Shown one piece after another: positions 15,021-23,919 of a stretch of DNA of 24,000 bases. The notes under the pieces are model-generated. The model did not search any database. It worked only from the letters and a program-made list of their open reading frames with translations, and was not told the origin of the DNA. Source of the stretch: an uncultured Flavonifractor sp. (GTDB lineage: Bacteria > Bacillota > Clostridia > Oscillospirales > Oscillospiraceae); assembly GCF_944383115.1 (NCBI RefSeq), contig NZ_CALWOJ010000014.1, positions 1-24,000 on the forward strand. Direction: 5' to 3'. Both the position numbers and the translations under genes were made by a program. Position 1 is the first letter of the stretch, and every line of letters starts with the position of its first letter.

Positions 15021-15965
15021 ATGTCTTATCAGCTGCAAGAGATCAACGAGAGCGTCCGTACCGACCCCAAAGGATTTCTGGAGGCCTGCGACGCCGCCTA
15101 TCAAAGCCGCATTGACTCCGCGGTGGACCGCATCCTGGAGCGGATGAAGGTAAGCCCCATCGTGCTGCTGTCCGGCCCCTCCGGCTCGGGCAAGACCACC
15201 ACCGCCCTCAAGCTGGAGCAGGAGCTGGAGCGCCGGGGTGTGAATACCCACACCATCTCCATGGACAACTACTATAAAACCCTCAACCGCAAGACCGCCC
15301 CCCGCACCCCCGAGGGGGACATCGACTACGAGTCCCCCCTGCTGCTGGACCTGGACCTGCTGGACGAGACCTTCTCCAAGCTGTCCCGGGGCGAGTGGGT
15401 GGTGGTGCCCAGGTACGAGTTTGCCCGCCAGATGCGCAACGACAGCCGGGGCACCTTTTTGAAGCTGGACAAAAACGAGATCGCCATCTTTGAGGGCATC
15501 CACGCCCTCAACGACGACATCTTCGGCCGCCACCCGGAGGCCACCGGCCTGTACATCTCCGCCCGCTCCAACGTACTGGAGGGGGAGGACCTGCGGTTTA
15601 AGGGCACCTGGATGCGCATTTCCCGCCGGTCGGTCCGTGACTATAATTTCCGGGGCACAGACCTTTTGGAGACCCTTCTGATGTGGTATAATGTGCGCCG
15701 GGGCGAAAAGACCTACATCTCCCCCTTCAAGAACCGGGCCAATATCATCATCGACTCCTCCCTGCCTTACGAGGTGTCGGTGTTCGCCAACTATGCCGAC
15801 GCCCTGCGGGAAGCGGTGGACCAGATCCCCGCCGACAACCCCCGCTATCATGAGTTCCACGATCTGGTGGACTCCTTCCGGTACTTTGAGCCGGTGGACC
15901 CGGCTCTGGTCCCTCCCGAGTCCCTCATTCGGGAGTTCATCGGCGGCGGAACGTACAGTTACTAA
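15021..15965 (+). CDS. Uridine kinase-like nucleoside kinase
   Basis: 314 aa; P-loop LLSGPSGSGKTTTALKL, SMDNYYK, DIDYESPLLLDLDLL, IAIFEGIHALND, RRSVRDYNFRG. Confidence 0.88.
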   Translation: MSYQLQEINESVRTDPKGFLEACDAAYQSRIDSAVDRILERMKVSPIVLLSGPSGSGKTTTALKLEQELERRGVNTHTISMDNYYKTLNRKTAPRTPEGDIDYESPLLLDLDLLDETFSKLSRGEWVVVPRYEFARQMRNDSRGTFLKLDKNEIAIFEGIHALNDDIFGRHPEATGLYISARSNVLEGEDLRFKGTWMRISRRSVRDYNFRGTDLLETLLMWYNVRRGEKTYISPFKNRANIIIDSSLPYEVSVFANYADALREAVDQIPADNPRYHEFHDLVDSFRYFEPVDPALVPPESLIREFIGGGTYSY

Positions 15966-15971
15966 TAAAAG

Positions 15972-16120
15972 TCTAGGGGGGACTTTGTCCCCCCTAGATA
16001 CAGCCCCGCCGCGCCGCAGGCGGCACAGCGGGGCTGATACCCCCCTCACCCGCGCCCACGCGGGTGGTTGCCCGCCGGTGGCGGAGCAAGCAGCGGTGTC
16101 CTGCGGCGAAATGAATTCGC
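15972..16120. other. Multi-hairpin intergenic region (possible dispersed repeat, terminator or leader RNA)
   Basis: Four successive inverted repeats: TCTAGGGGG/CCCCCTAGA (15972-15997), CAGCCCCGC/GCGGGGCTG with inner GCCG/CGGC (16000-16035), CACCCGCG/CGCGGGTG (16046-16065), GGCGAA/TTCGCC (16104-16120). Confidence 0.5.
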
Positions 16121-16179
16121 CTGCGGACTTATTTTTACTGAAATCTCTGGTAACAACATAGGAAAGAAGGAAAAATACC

Positions 16180-17001
16180 ATGTCTGAATGTACCCACAAC
16201 TGTTCCTCCTGCGGCGAAAGCTGCGGCGAGCGCACCGCTCCCCAGGATCTCCACGTTCCCGCCAACGGCCTGTCCCACATCGGCAAGGTCATCGCCGTGG
16301 TCAGCGGCAAGGGCGGCGTGGGCAAGAGCCTTGTGACCTCCTCCCTGGCGGTGGCCATGCGCCGCATGGGCAAGAAGGTGGCCATTCTGGACGCCGACAT
16401 CACCGGCCCCTCCATCCCCGCCGCCTTCGGCATCCACACCCGGGCCGAGGGCAGCGAGCTGGGCATCTACCCCGCCGAGACCCGCACCGGCATCGGCATC
16501 ATGAGCCTCAACCTGCTCACCGAGCATGAGACCGACCCCGTGGTGTGGCGGGGCCCCGTCATCGCCGGTACCGTCAAGCAGTTCTGGACCGACGTGATCT
16601 GGGGGGACGTGGACTATATGTTCGTGGATATGCCTCCCGGAACCGGCGACGTGCCCCTGACCGTGTTCCAGTCCCTGCCCATCGACGGCATTGTGGTGGT
16701 CACCTCCCCCCAGGACCTGGTGAGCATGATCGTCACCAAGGCCGTCAAAATGGCCGAGATGATGCACATCCCCGTGCTGGGCCTGGTGGAGAACTACTCC
16801 TACTTCCAGTGCCCCGACTGCGGCAAGCGCCACGCCATCTTCGGCGAGAGCCACATCGACCAGGTGGCCGCCGGCCTGGGCCTGAAGGTGCTGGCTCGGC
16901 TGCCCATGGATCCCGCCGTGGCCGCCGCCTGCGACGCCGGCAAGATCGAGGAGCTGGAGCAGAATTACCTGGCCGACGTGGCCCGCACCCTGGCGAAATA
17001 A
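16180..17001 (+). CDS. Mrp/NBP35-family ATP-binding (Fe-S carrier type) protein
   Basis: 273 aa; N-terminal CTHNCSSCGESC, deviant Walker A VVSGKGGVGKSLVTSSLA, LDADITGPSIP, FVDMPPGTGD, VTSPQDLVSMIV, C-terminal CPDCG. Confidence 0.93.
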   Translation: MSECTHNCSSCGESCGERTAPQDLHVPANGLSHIGKVIAVVSGKGGVGKSLVTSSLAVAMRRMGKKVAILDADITGPSIPAAFGIHTRAEGSELGIYPAETRTGIGIMSLNLLTEHETDPVVWRGPVIAGTVKQFWTDVIWGDVDYMFVDMPPGTGDVPLTVFQSLPIDGIVVVTSPQDLVSMIVTKAVKMAEMMHIPVLGLVENYSYFQCPDCGKRHAIFGESHIDQVAAGLGLKVLARLPMDPAVAAACDAGKIEELEQNYLADVARTLAK

Positions 17002-17122
17002 CCAATATCAGGCTTTACAAAACGTTCATATCCGGTTCAAAACGGGTTCACAGTGAGAGGTTAGGATAAGAACCGTGGTTGAGACATACCACTCCTCTCT
17101 TTCCTCTCTTTTTCAGATCTTG

Positions 17123-17160
17123 GAAACACAGGCCCGCAACAGGCGGCGGGCCTGTGTTTC
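17123..17160 (+). terminator. Probable intrinsic terminator downstream of the Mrp/NBP35 gene
   Basis: 15-bp perfect stem GAAACACAGGCCCGC / GCGGGCCTGTGTTTC (17123-17137 / 17146-17160), 8-nt loop; downstream TGCGTTTTAC is a weak U-tract. Confidence 0.7.
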
Positions 17161-17192
17161 TGCGTTTTACCTCAAAAAGGAGGGACAAGCCC

Positions 17193-17804
17193 ATGCCCAC
17201 CCGCGTCAAAAAACGCCGCCGTTCCCCTCTGCTGCCCGCCCTTGTCGTTCTGGTGCTGATGGGAGCAGCCTTCCTGATCTGGCGGCTGGCCTTCTCAGGC
17301 CCCCAGCCCTCGGGCAACCTGCCCGACTGGGTCACCGAAAAGCTGCTCCCCGTCAATCCCTACTCCCGGCCCGGCGAGCCTTTGGAGGAGGTCAACGGCG
17401 TGGTGGTCCACTATGTGGGCAATCCGGGTACCACAGCGGCCCAGAACAACAGCTACTTCAAAAACCTGGCCACCACCGGGGAGACTTACGCCTCCAGCCA
17501 CTTCCTCATCGGCCTGGACGGGGAGATCCTCTGCAACGTCCCCCTGGACGAGATTGCCTACTGCACCGGCCCCCGGAACGTGGATACCATCTCCATCGAG
17601 TGCTGCCACCCCGACGACACCGGGGCCTTTACCCAGGCCACCTATGACTCCCTCATCAAGCTGGTCCGCTGGCTCATGGACGAGTACCACCTGGATACCG
17701 ACCAGGTGATCCGCCACTACGACGTCACCGGCAAGGAGTGCCCCCGGTATTTTGTCCGAAACCCGGAGGCCTGGGAACAATTTCTGGTTGATTTAAAAGA
17801 ATAG
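17193..17804 (+). CDS. N-acetylmuramoyl-L-alanine amidase (Amidase_2), membrane-anchored
   Basis: VVVHYVGNPGTTAAQN, YASSHFLIGLDGEI, TISIECCHPDDTGAFT, VIRHYDVTGKECPRYF; N-terminal TM LLPALVVLVLMGAAFLIWRLAF. Start at 17193 with AAAGGAGGG SD; the track ORF begins at 17079. Confidence 0.92.
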   Translation: MPTRVKKRRRSPLLPALVVLVLMGAAFLIWRLAFSGPQPSGNLPDWVTEKLLPVNPYSRPGEPLEEVNGVVVHYVGNPGTTAAQNNSYFKNLATTGETYASSHFLIGLDGEILCNVPLDEIAYCTGPRNVDTISIECCHPDDTGAFTQATYDSLIKLVRWLMDEYHLDTDQVIRHYDVTGKECPRYFVRNPEAWEQFLVDLKE

Positions 17805-17869
17805 TCCGTTTTATAGGACAGTTGATCCGGTATCCTGTGTATGACAACACAGGAAAGGAGCGCTGACCT

Positions 17870-17992
17870 ATGGAATTTGAACTTCGCTATGTAAACGGAC
17901 ACATTGAGGTGTACGACGCTGCCGGGGCCTTCCGGTTTTCCGCCGACTCCCAGGGGGAGGCGCTTGCGGAACTGGAGGATCTGGCCGCATGA
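17870..17992 (+). CDS. Small 40-aa protein of unknown function (not in the supplied ORF track)
   Basis: MEFELRYVNGHIEVYDAAGAFRFSADSQGEALAELEDLAA with AGGAAAGGAG upstream of the ATG and a strong terminator starting about 6 nt after the stop. Confidence 0.65.
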   Translation: MEFELRYVNGHIEVYDAAGAFRFSADSQGEALAELEDLAA

Positions 17993-17998
17993 AAACAG

Positions 17999-18033
17999 GG
18001 CCGGGCCGCGGTTCACGCGGCCCGGCCTTTCTT
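17999..18033 (+). terminator. Rho-independent terminator after the small ORF
   Basis: 12-bp perfect stem GGCCGGGCCGCG / CGCGGCCCGGCC (17999-18010 / 18016-18027), loop GTTCA, followed by TTTCTT. Confidence 0.85.
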
Positions 18034-18064
18034 GACACTTTGGCTGGATTTGGGGTAATATAAT
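18032..18064 (+). promoter_or_regulatory. Promoter of the type IIA topoisomerase operon
   Basis: TTGACA (18032-18037); -10 candidate TAATAT (18056-18061, 18-nt spacer) or TATAAT (18059-18064, 21-nt spacer), about 65 nt upstream of the ATG at 18130. Confidence 0.7.
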
Positions 18065-18129
18065 ACTGTATGCGTATCAAACAGCGCCGGCTCCAGGGCC
18101 GGCATCTTTGAGGATATGAGGAGAGGCCA

Positions 18130-20121
18130 ATGGCAAGAAGTTCTTCCCCCAAAAGTTACGGCAACGACTCCATTTCGTCCCTGAAGGGGGCCGACCGGGT
18201 CCGCAAGCGCCCGGCGGTCATCTTCGGCTCCGATGGGCTGGAGGGCTGCGAACACGCGGTGTTTGAGATCCTGTCCAACGCCATCGACGAGGCCAGAGAG
18301 GGCCACGGCGATCTCATCACACTTACCCGGTACGAGGACAAGTCCATCGAGGTGGAGGACTTCGGCCGGGGTTGCCCGGTGGACTGGAACGAGGCCGAGC
18401 AGAAGTACAACTGGGAGCTGGTGTTCTGTGAGCTGTACGCCGGCGGCAAGTACAACAACAACTCCGGCGACAACTACGAGTACTCCCTGGGCCTCAACGG
18501 CCTGGGCTCCTGCGCCACCCAGTACGCCAGCCGCTACTTTGACGCGGTGATCCACCGGGACGGCTTTGAGTACACCCTCCACTTTGAGAAGGGCGAGAAC
18601 GTGGGCGGCCTGAAAAAGGAGCCCTACTCCGGCAAAAAGACCGGCTCCAAATTCCGCTGGCTGCCCGACCTGGACGTGTTCACCGACATCGACATTCCGG
18701 TGGAGTACTACCTGGACGTGCTGAAGCGGCAGGCGGTGGTCAACGCCGGGGTCACCTTCCGCTTCCGCAACCAGGTGGGGGGCAAGTTCGAGACCACCGA
18801 CTTCAAGTACGAAAACGGCATTCAGGACTATGTGAAGGAGCTGGCGGGGGACAACCCCCTGACCCAGCCGGTGTTCTGGCAGACCGAGCGGCGGGGCCGT
18901 GACCGGGCGGACAAGGACGAGTACAAGGTGAAGCTCTCCGTGTCCTTCTGCTTCTCCAACACGGTGCAGATCATTGAACACTACCACAACTCCTCCTGGC
19001 TGGAGCATGGCGGCTCCCCGGAGAAGGCGGTGAAGTCCGCCTTCGTGGGGGGCATCGACGCCTGGCTCAAGGCCCAGGGCAAGTATCAGAAGAGCGAGAG
19101 CAAGATCACCTGGGCCGACGTGGAGGACTGCCTGGTGCTGGTGAGCAACAACTTCTCCACCCAGACCTCCTACGAGAACCAGACCAAGAAGGCCATCACC
19201 AACAAGTTTGTTCAGGAGGCCATGACCGAGTTTTTGCGGTCCCAGCTGGAGGTCTACTTCATCGAAAACCCCTTCGACGCCGCCAAGATCGGCGAGCAGG
19301 TGTTGATCAACAAACGCTCCCGTGAGAACGCCGAGCGCACCCGGCTGAACATCAAGAAGAAGCTGTCCGGCAATGTGGACATCTCCAACCGGGTGCAGAA
19401 GTTTGTGGACTGCCGTACAAAGGACACCACCCGCCGGGAGCTGTATATCGTGGAGGGCGACTCCGCTCTGGGCAGCGTCAAGCTGAGCCGGGACGCGGAG
19501 TTCCAGGGCATCATGCCCGTCCGGGGCAAGATTTTGAACTGCCTCAAGGCCGACTACGCCAAGATCTTCAAAAGCGAGATCATCACCGACCTTCTGAAGG
19601 TGCTGGGCTGCGGGGTGGAGGTCCACGACAAGCACGCCAAGGACCTGGCGGAGTTTGACCTGATGAACCTGCGGTGGAATAAGATCGTCATCTGTACCGA
19701 TGCCGACGTGGACGGCTTCCAGATCCGCACCCTGATTTTGACCATGCTCTACCGCCTCACTCCCACCCTCATCCAGCGGGGCTATGTGTATATCGCCGAG
19801 TCCCCCCTGTACGAGATCAACTACAAGGAAAAGACCTGGTTCGCCTACTCCGACGCCGAGAAGAACGACATCGTAAACGGCGAGCTGGCGGGCAAGAAGT
19901 GTTCCATCAACCGCTCCAAAGGTCTGGGCGAGAACGAGCCCGACATGATGTGGCTCACCACCATGAACCCGGAGACCCGGCGGCTCATCAAGGTCATGCC
20001 CGAGGATGTGGCGCGCACCGCCCAGGTCTTTGACCTGCTGTTGGGCGACAACCTCCAGGGCCGGAAGGACCACATCGCCGAGAACGGGTATAAATATCTG
20101 GAGCTGGCGGATATTTCGTAA
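18130..20121 (+). CDS. Divergent type IIA DNA topoisomerase subunit B (GyrB/ParE family)
   Basis: 663 aa; LSNAIDEA, EDFGRGCPVD, GLNGLGS, TOPRIM YIVEGDSALGSVKLSRDAEFQGIMPVRGKILN and CTDADVDGFQIRTLILTMLYR. Confidence 0.92.
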   Translation: MARSSSPKSYGNDSISSLKGADRVRKRPAVIFGSDGLEGCEHAVFEILSNAIDEAREGHGDLITLTRYEDKSIEVEDFGRGCPVDWNEAEQKYNWELVFCELYAGGKYNNNSGDNYEYSLGLNGLGSCATQYASRYFDAVIHRDGFEYTLHFEKGENVGGLKKEPYSGKKTGSKFRWLPDLDVFTDIDIPVEYYLDVLKRQAVVNAGVTFRFRNQVGGKFETTDFKYENGIQDYVKELAGDNPLTQPVFWQTERRGRDRADKDEYKVKLSVSFCFSNTVQIIEHYHNSSWLEHGGSPEKAVKSAFVGGIDAWLKAQGKYQKSESKITWADVEDCLVLVSNNFSTQTSYENQTKKAITNKFVQEAMTEFLRSQLEVYFIENPFDAAKIGEQVLINKRSRENAERTRLNIKKKLSGNVDISNRVQKFVDCRTKDTTRRELYIVEGDSALGSVKLSRDAEFQGIMPVRGKILNCLKADYAKIFKSEIITDLLKVLGCGVEVHDKHAKDLAEFDLMNLRWNKIVICTDADVDGFQIRTLILTMLYRLTPTLIQRGYVYIAESPLYEINYKEKTWFAYSDAEKNDIVNGELAGKKCSINRSKGLGENEPDMMWLTTMNPETRRLIKVMPEDVARTAQVFDLLLGDNLQGRKDHIAENGYKYLELADIS

Positions 20122-20135
20122 GAGGATGAAAGAAC

Positions 20136-22379
20136 ATGGCTAAGAAAAAGGACCCCCAGGAGGGGGCGAAAAAGGTCAACAACCCCAACGTCATGGGCCT
20201 GCGGCCCGAGGTGCTGGAGCAGCCCATCACCGAGACCCTGGAGCTCAACTATATGCCCTACGCCATGAGCGTCATCGTCTCCCGGGCCATTCCGGAGATT
20301 GACGGGTTCAAGCCCTCCCACCGGAAGCTGCTGTACACCATGTACCAGATGCACCTGCTGGGGGGCGCCCGCACCAAGAGCGCCAACGTGGTGGGCCAGA
20401 CCATGAAGCTGAATCCCCACGGCGACGCCGCCATCTACGACACCATGGTGCGCCTCTCCCGGGGCTACGGCGCCCTGCTCCACCCCCTGGTGGACTCCAA
20501 GGGCAACTTCGGCAAGGTGTACTCCCGTGACATGGCCTGGGCGGCCAGCCGTTACACCGAGGTGCGCTTAGACCCCATCTGCGCCGAGCTGTTCCGGGAT
20601 ATCGACCAGGACACGGTGGACTTTGTGGACAACTACGACGGGTCCATGCAGGAACCCACCCTGCTGCCCACCACCTTCCCCAACGTACTGGTGAGCGCCA
20701 ACCAGGGCATCGCCGTGGGCATGGCCTCCAACCTGTGCGGCTTCAACCTGGCCGAGGTGTGTGACGCGGCGGCGGCCTTCCTGAAAGATCCCAAGGTCAA
20801 CCTGATGGAGTACCTGAAGGCCCCCGACTTCCCCACCGGCGGCGAGCTTTTGTACGACGAGGCCGCCCTGCGGCAGATCTACGATACCGGCCGGGGCTCC
20901 TTCCAGGTGCGGGCCAGGTGGCGCTACCTCAAAAGCGAGAACCTCATTGAAGTGTACGAGATCCCCTACACCACCACAGTGGAGGCCATCATGGACAAGG
21001 TGGCCGAGCTGATCAAGGCGGGCAAGATCCGCGAGATCGCCGACATGCGGGACGAGACCGACCTGAACGGCCTGAAAATCACCATCGACCTGAAGCGGGG
21101 TACCGACCCGGACAAGCTGATGGCCAAGCTGTTCAAGTCCACCACCCTCCAGGACGCCTGCTCCTGCAACTTCAATATCCTCATTGCCGGGATGCCCCGG
21201 GTCATGAGCGTGGGAGAGATCCTGGAGGAGTGGACCGCCTGGCGGATGGACGGCGTGCGCCGGCGGACCTATTTCGTGATGAAGAAGAAGCAGGAGAAGC
21301 TCCACCTGCTCAAGGGCCTGAAAAAGATCCTGCTGGACATCGACCGGGCCATCAAGATCATCCGGGAGACCGAGGAGGACGCCGAGGTGGTGCCCAACCT
21401 GATGATCGGCTTCGGCATCGACAATATCCAGGCGGAATATGTGGCCGACATCAAGCTGCGCAACATCAACAAGGAGTATATCCTCAAGCGCATTGAGGAG
21501 GTGGCCGGGCTGGAGGAGGAGATCGCCGACCTCCAGGACATCGTCAATAACCCCGGCCGCATCAAGAAGATCATTGCCACCGAGCTGGCGGCGGTGAAGA
21601 AGAAGTACGCCACTCCCCGGCGCACCGAGATCGTTTACGACTATCAGGCCGCCGGCGCCGAGGCGGAGGAGGACGAGACCCCCGACTACGCCGTCCACGT
21701 CTTCTGCTCCAAAGAGGGCTACTTCAAGAAGATCACCCCCCAGTCCCTGCGCATGAGCAGCGAGCAGAAGTACAAGGAGGGGGACGGCCCCTGGCTGTAC
21801 TGGGAGGGGAGCAACCGGGATATGCTGTTGGTGTTCACCGACCAGCAGCAGTGCTACAAGGCCAGCCTCAGCGAGTTTGACGACGCCAAGGCCAGCGTGC
21901 TTGGCGATTTTCTGCCCACCAAGCTGGGCATGGACCCCGGCGAGGGCTTTGTGTGGGCCTGCCTGACCAGCGACTACTCCGGTCACCTGCTCTTCTTCTT
22001 TGAAAACGGCAAGGTGGCCCGGGTGGAGCTGGCCGCCTACCAGACCCAGACCAAGCGGCGGAAACTGACGGGGGCCTACTCCGACAAGTCCCCCCTGGCC
22101 GCCGCCCTCCATATCAAGGAGGACCTGGAGGTGGCAGTCACCTCCACCGAGGGCCGGTGCCTGGTGTTCCACACCGCCGCCCTCTCCCCCAAGACCACCC
22201 GCTCCACCCAGGGGGTCAACGTGATGAACCTCAAGCCCCGGTGGAAGGTGGAGAAGGCCGCGCCTCTGGCGGACACCACCGTGGTCAACCCCGCCCGCTA
22301 CCGGGCCAGGTCCCTGCCGGCGGCGGGGGCCCTGCTCAAGGAGGAGGACCGGGGGGAGGAACAGATCAGCCTGCTGTAA
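20136..22379 (+). CDS. Divergent type IIA DNA topoisomerase subunit A (GyrA/ParC family)
   Basis: 747 aa; [49 protein letters not shown], catalytic [33 protein letters not shown], partial C-terminal pinwheel. Confidence 0.93.
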   Translation: MAKKKDPQEGAKKVNNPNVMGLRPEVLEQPITETLELNYMPYAMSVIVSRAIPEIDGFKPSHRKLLYTMYQMHLLGGARTKSANVVGQTMKLNPHGDAAIYDTMVRLSRGYGALLHPLVDSKGNFGKVYSRDMAWAASRYTEVRLDPICAELFRDIDQDTVDFVDNYDGSMQEPTLLPTTFPNVLVSANQGIAVGMASNLCGFNLAEVCDAAAAFLKDPKVNLMEYLKAPDFPTGGELLYDEAALRQIYDTGRGSFQVRARWRYLKSENLIEVYEIPYTTTVEAIMDKVAELIKAGKIREIADMRDETDLNGLKITIDLKRGTDPDKLMAKLFKSTTLQDACSCNFNILIAGMPRVMSVGEILEEWTAWRMDGVRRRTYFVMKKKQEKLHLLKGLKKILLDIDRAIKIIRETEEDAEVVPNLMIGFGIDNIQAEYVADIKLRNINKEYILKRIEEVAGLEEEIADLQDIVNNPGRIKKIIATELAAVKKKYATPRRTEIVYDYQAAGAEAEEDETPDYAVHVFCSKEGYFKKITPQSLRMSSEQKYKEGDGPWLYWEGSNRDMLLVFTDQQQCYKASLSEFDDAKASVLGDFLPTKLGMDPGEGFVWACLTSDYSGHLLFFFENGKVARVELAAYQTQTKRRKLTGAYSDKSPLAAALHIKEDLEVAVTSTEGRCLVFHTAALSPKTTRSTQGVNVMNLKPRWKVEKAAPLADTTVVNPARYRARSLPAAGALLKEEDRGEEQISLL

Positions 22380-22406
22380 ACCGGCGGGAGAAATGAGGAA
22401 TCCCTG

Positions 22407-23273
22407 TTGAAACACACGCTCAGCTACTATGTGAAAAGCTACGCCGTCATTACCCTGGGCTCCCTGCTCTACGCCCTGGCGTACAACATTTTCTACGCCC
22501 CCAACCTGGTGGCCATGGGGGGCCTTACCGGCCTGGGCCAGGTACTCAACGCCCTGATCCCCGTTCTGCCGGTGGGTACCACGGTGTTTGTGATGAACGT
22601 GCCCCTCTTCTTTTTGGGGTGGAAGTTCATTGGCGGGCACCTGCTGGTATCCTCCCTGTATGCCATGACCTTCAGCTCCTTTGCCATCGACGTGCTGGAC
22701 ATGATCTACCAGTTCCCGCCCATGGATACCATGCTGGCCGCCATCTTCGGCGGGGCCCTGCTGGGGGCGGGCATCGGCCTGGTATTCTCCAAGGGAGCCA
22801 CCACCGGCGGTACCGACCTCATCGCCCGGCTGCTCAAGCTGAAATTTGCCTGGCTGCCCATGGGCACCCTGGTCCTTATCCCCGACTTTATCGTCATCGT
22901 GCTGGCCGCCATCGCCTTTGGCAGGGTGGAGAGCGCCCTGTACGGCCTGGTGTCCCTGTTCATCACCTCCAAGGTGATGGATATGGTACTCTACGGCCTG
23001 GACAGCTCCAAGGTGGCCTATATCATCAGTGACTCCTGCAAGGCGATCACCGACGCGGTGATCGCCATGGACCGGGGGGCCACCATCCTCCACGGAGAGG
23101 GGGCCTACTCCGGGGACCAGAAAAAGGTGCTGATGGTGGCCTTCAAGCAGAAGGAGATCGTGCCTTTAAAGGAGAAAGTCAACGAGATTGATCCCCACGC
23201 CTTCCTCATCGTGTGCGACGCCCACGACGTGCTGGGGGAGGGCTTCCGCACCTACAGCAAAGACGACATCTAA
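22407..23273 (+). CDS. YitT family membrane protein
   Basis: 288 aa; TTG start; SLLYALAYNIFYAPNLVAMGGLTGLGQVL, SKGATTGGTDLIARLL and a C-terminal cytoplasmic domain (VAYIISDSCKAITDAVIAMDRGATILHGEGAYSG). Confidence 0.92.
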   Translation: MKHTLSYYVKSYAVITLGSLLYALAYNIFYAPNLVAMGGLTGLGQVLNALIPVLPVGTTVFVMNVPLFFLGWKFIGGHLLVSSLYAMTFSSFAIDVLDMIYQFPPMDTMLAAIFGGALLGAGIGLVFSKGATTGGTDLIARLLKLKFAWLPMGTLVLIPDFIVIVLAAIAFGRVESALYGLVSLFITSKVMDMVLYGLDSSKVAYIISDSCKAITDAVIAMDRGATILHGEGAYSGDQKKVLMVAFKQKEIVPLKEKVNEIDPHAFLIVCDAHDVLGEGFRTYSKDDI

Positions 23274-23307
23274 GCCCCGGCGGGCCATAGAGAAAGGAAG
23301 GGTTTCC

Positions 23308-23898
23308 ATGACGGATTTCACCAAAGTAAAAGCCAATCTGGAGCGGCAGGGTTTTGATGTGACCTGCTTTGCCACGGCGGCGGAGGCGGCCCAATACCTG
23401 ACCGGCAAGCTGGCGGGGAAAACGGTAGGTCACGGCGGCTCCGTCACCCTGCAGGAGATGGGCCTGTCCGAGAAGCTCAGCGCCTGCGCCACGGTGTACA
23501 GCCACTGGAACGGCCACAGCTTTGCTGAGGCTGCCGCCGCGCCGGTCTACCTGACCTCGGTGAACGGCCTGGCGGAGACCGGGGAGATCGTCAATATTGA
23601 CGGTACCGGCAACCGGGTGGCCTCCACCATCTTCGGCCATGAGGAGGTCTACTTTATCGTAGGCCGCAACAAGCTCTCCCCCGACTACGACGCCGCCCTG
23701 TGGCGGGCCCGCAACATCGCCTCCCCCAAGAACGCCCAGCGTCTGAAGAAAGCCACCCCCTGCGCGGCAAAGGGGGACAAGTGCTATGATTGCAGCAGTC
23801 CTGAGCGGATCTGCCGGGCCTTGACGGTGCTTTGGGAAAAGCCCACCGGAGTGGGCCGGGCCGAGGTGGTACTGATCGACGAGGATCTGGGCTATTGA
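23308..23898 (+). CDS. LUD-domain (LutC/YkgG-like) protein
   Basis: MTDFTKVKANLERQGFDVTCFATAAEAAQYLTGKLAGKTVGHGGSVTLQEMGL, IDGTGNRVASTIFGHEEVYFIVGRNKL, C-terminal CAAKGDKCYDCSSPERIC. Start at 23308 (AAAGGAAGG upstream); the track ORF begins at 23188. Confidence 0.85.
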   Translation: MTDFTKVKANLERQGFDVTCFATAAEAAQYLTGKLAGKTVGHGGSVTLQEMGLSEKLSACATVYSHWNGHSFAEAAAAPVYLTSVNGLAETGEIVNIDGTGNRVASTIFGHEEVYFIVGRNKLSPDYDAALWRARNIASPKNAQRLKKATPCAAKGDKCYDCSSPERICRALTVLWEKPTGVGRAEVVLIDEDLGY

Positions 23899-23919
23899 CC
23901 TGAGAAAGGAGGCGCGGCG

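Noticed and set aside
18086-18103. GCCGGC-TCCAGG-GCCGGC hairpin in the 5' UTR of the topoisomerase B gene, considered as a regulatory RNA element
   Set aside because: Only a 6-bp stem in GC-rich sequence; too short to support a specific claim without conservation data.
18013-23093. Two very long minus-strand ORFs (686 and 841 aa) opposite the topoisomerase genes
   Set aside because: Their length is striking, but the translations are His/Gly/Leu/Val-rich without domains, and the plus strand encodes clear GyrB/ParE and GyrA/ParC family proteins.
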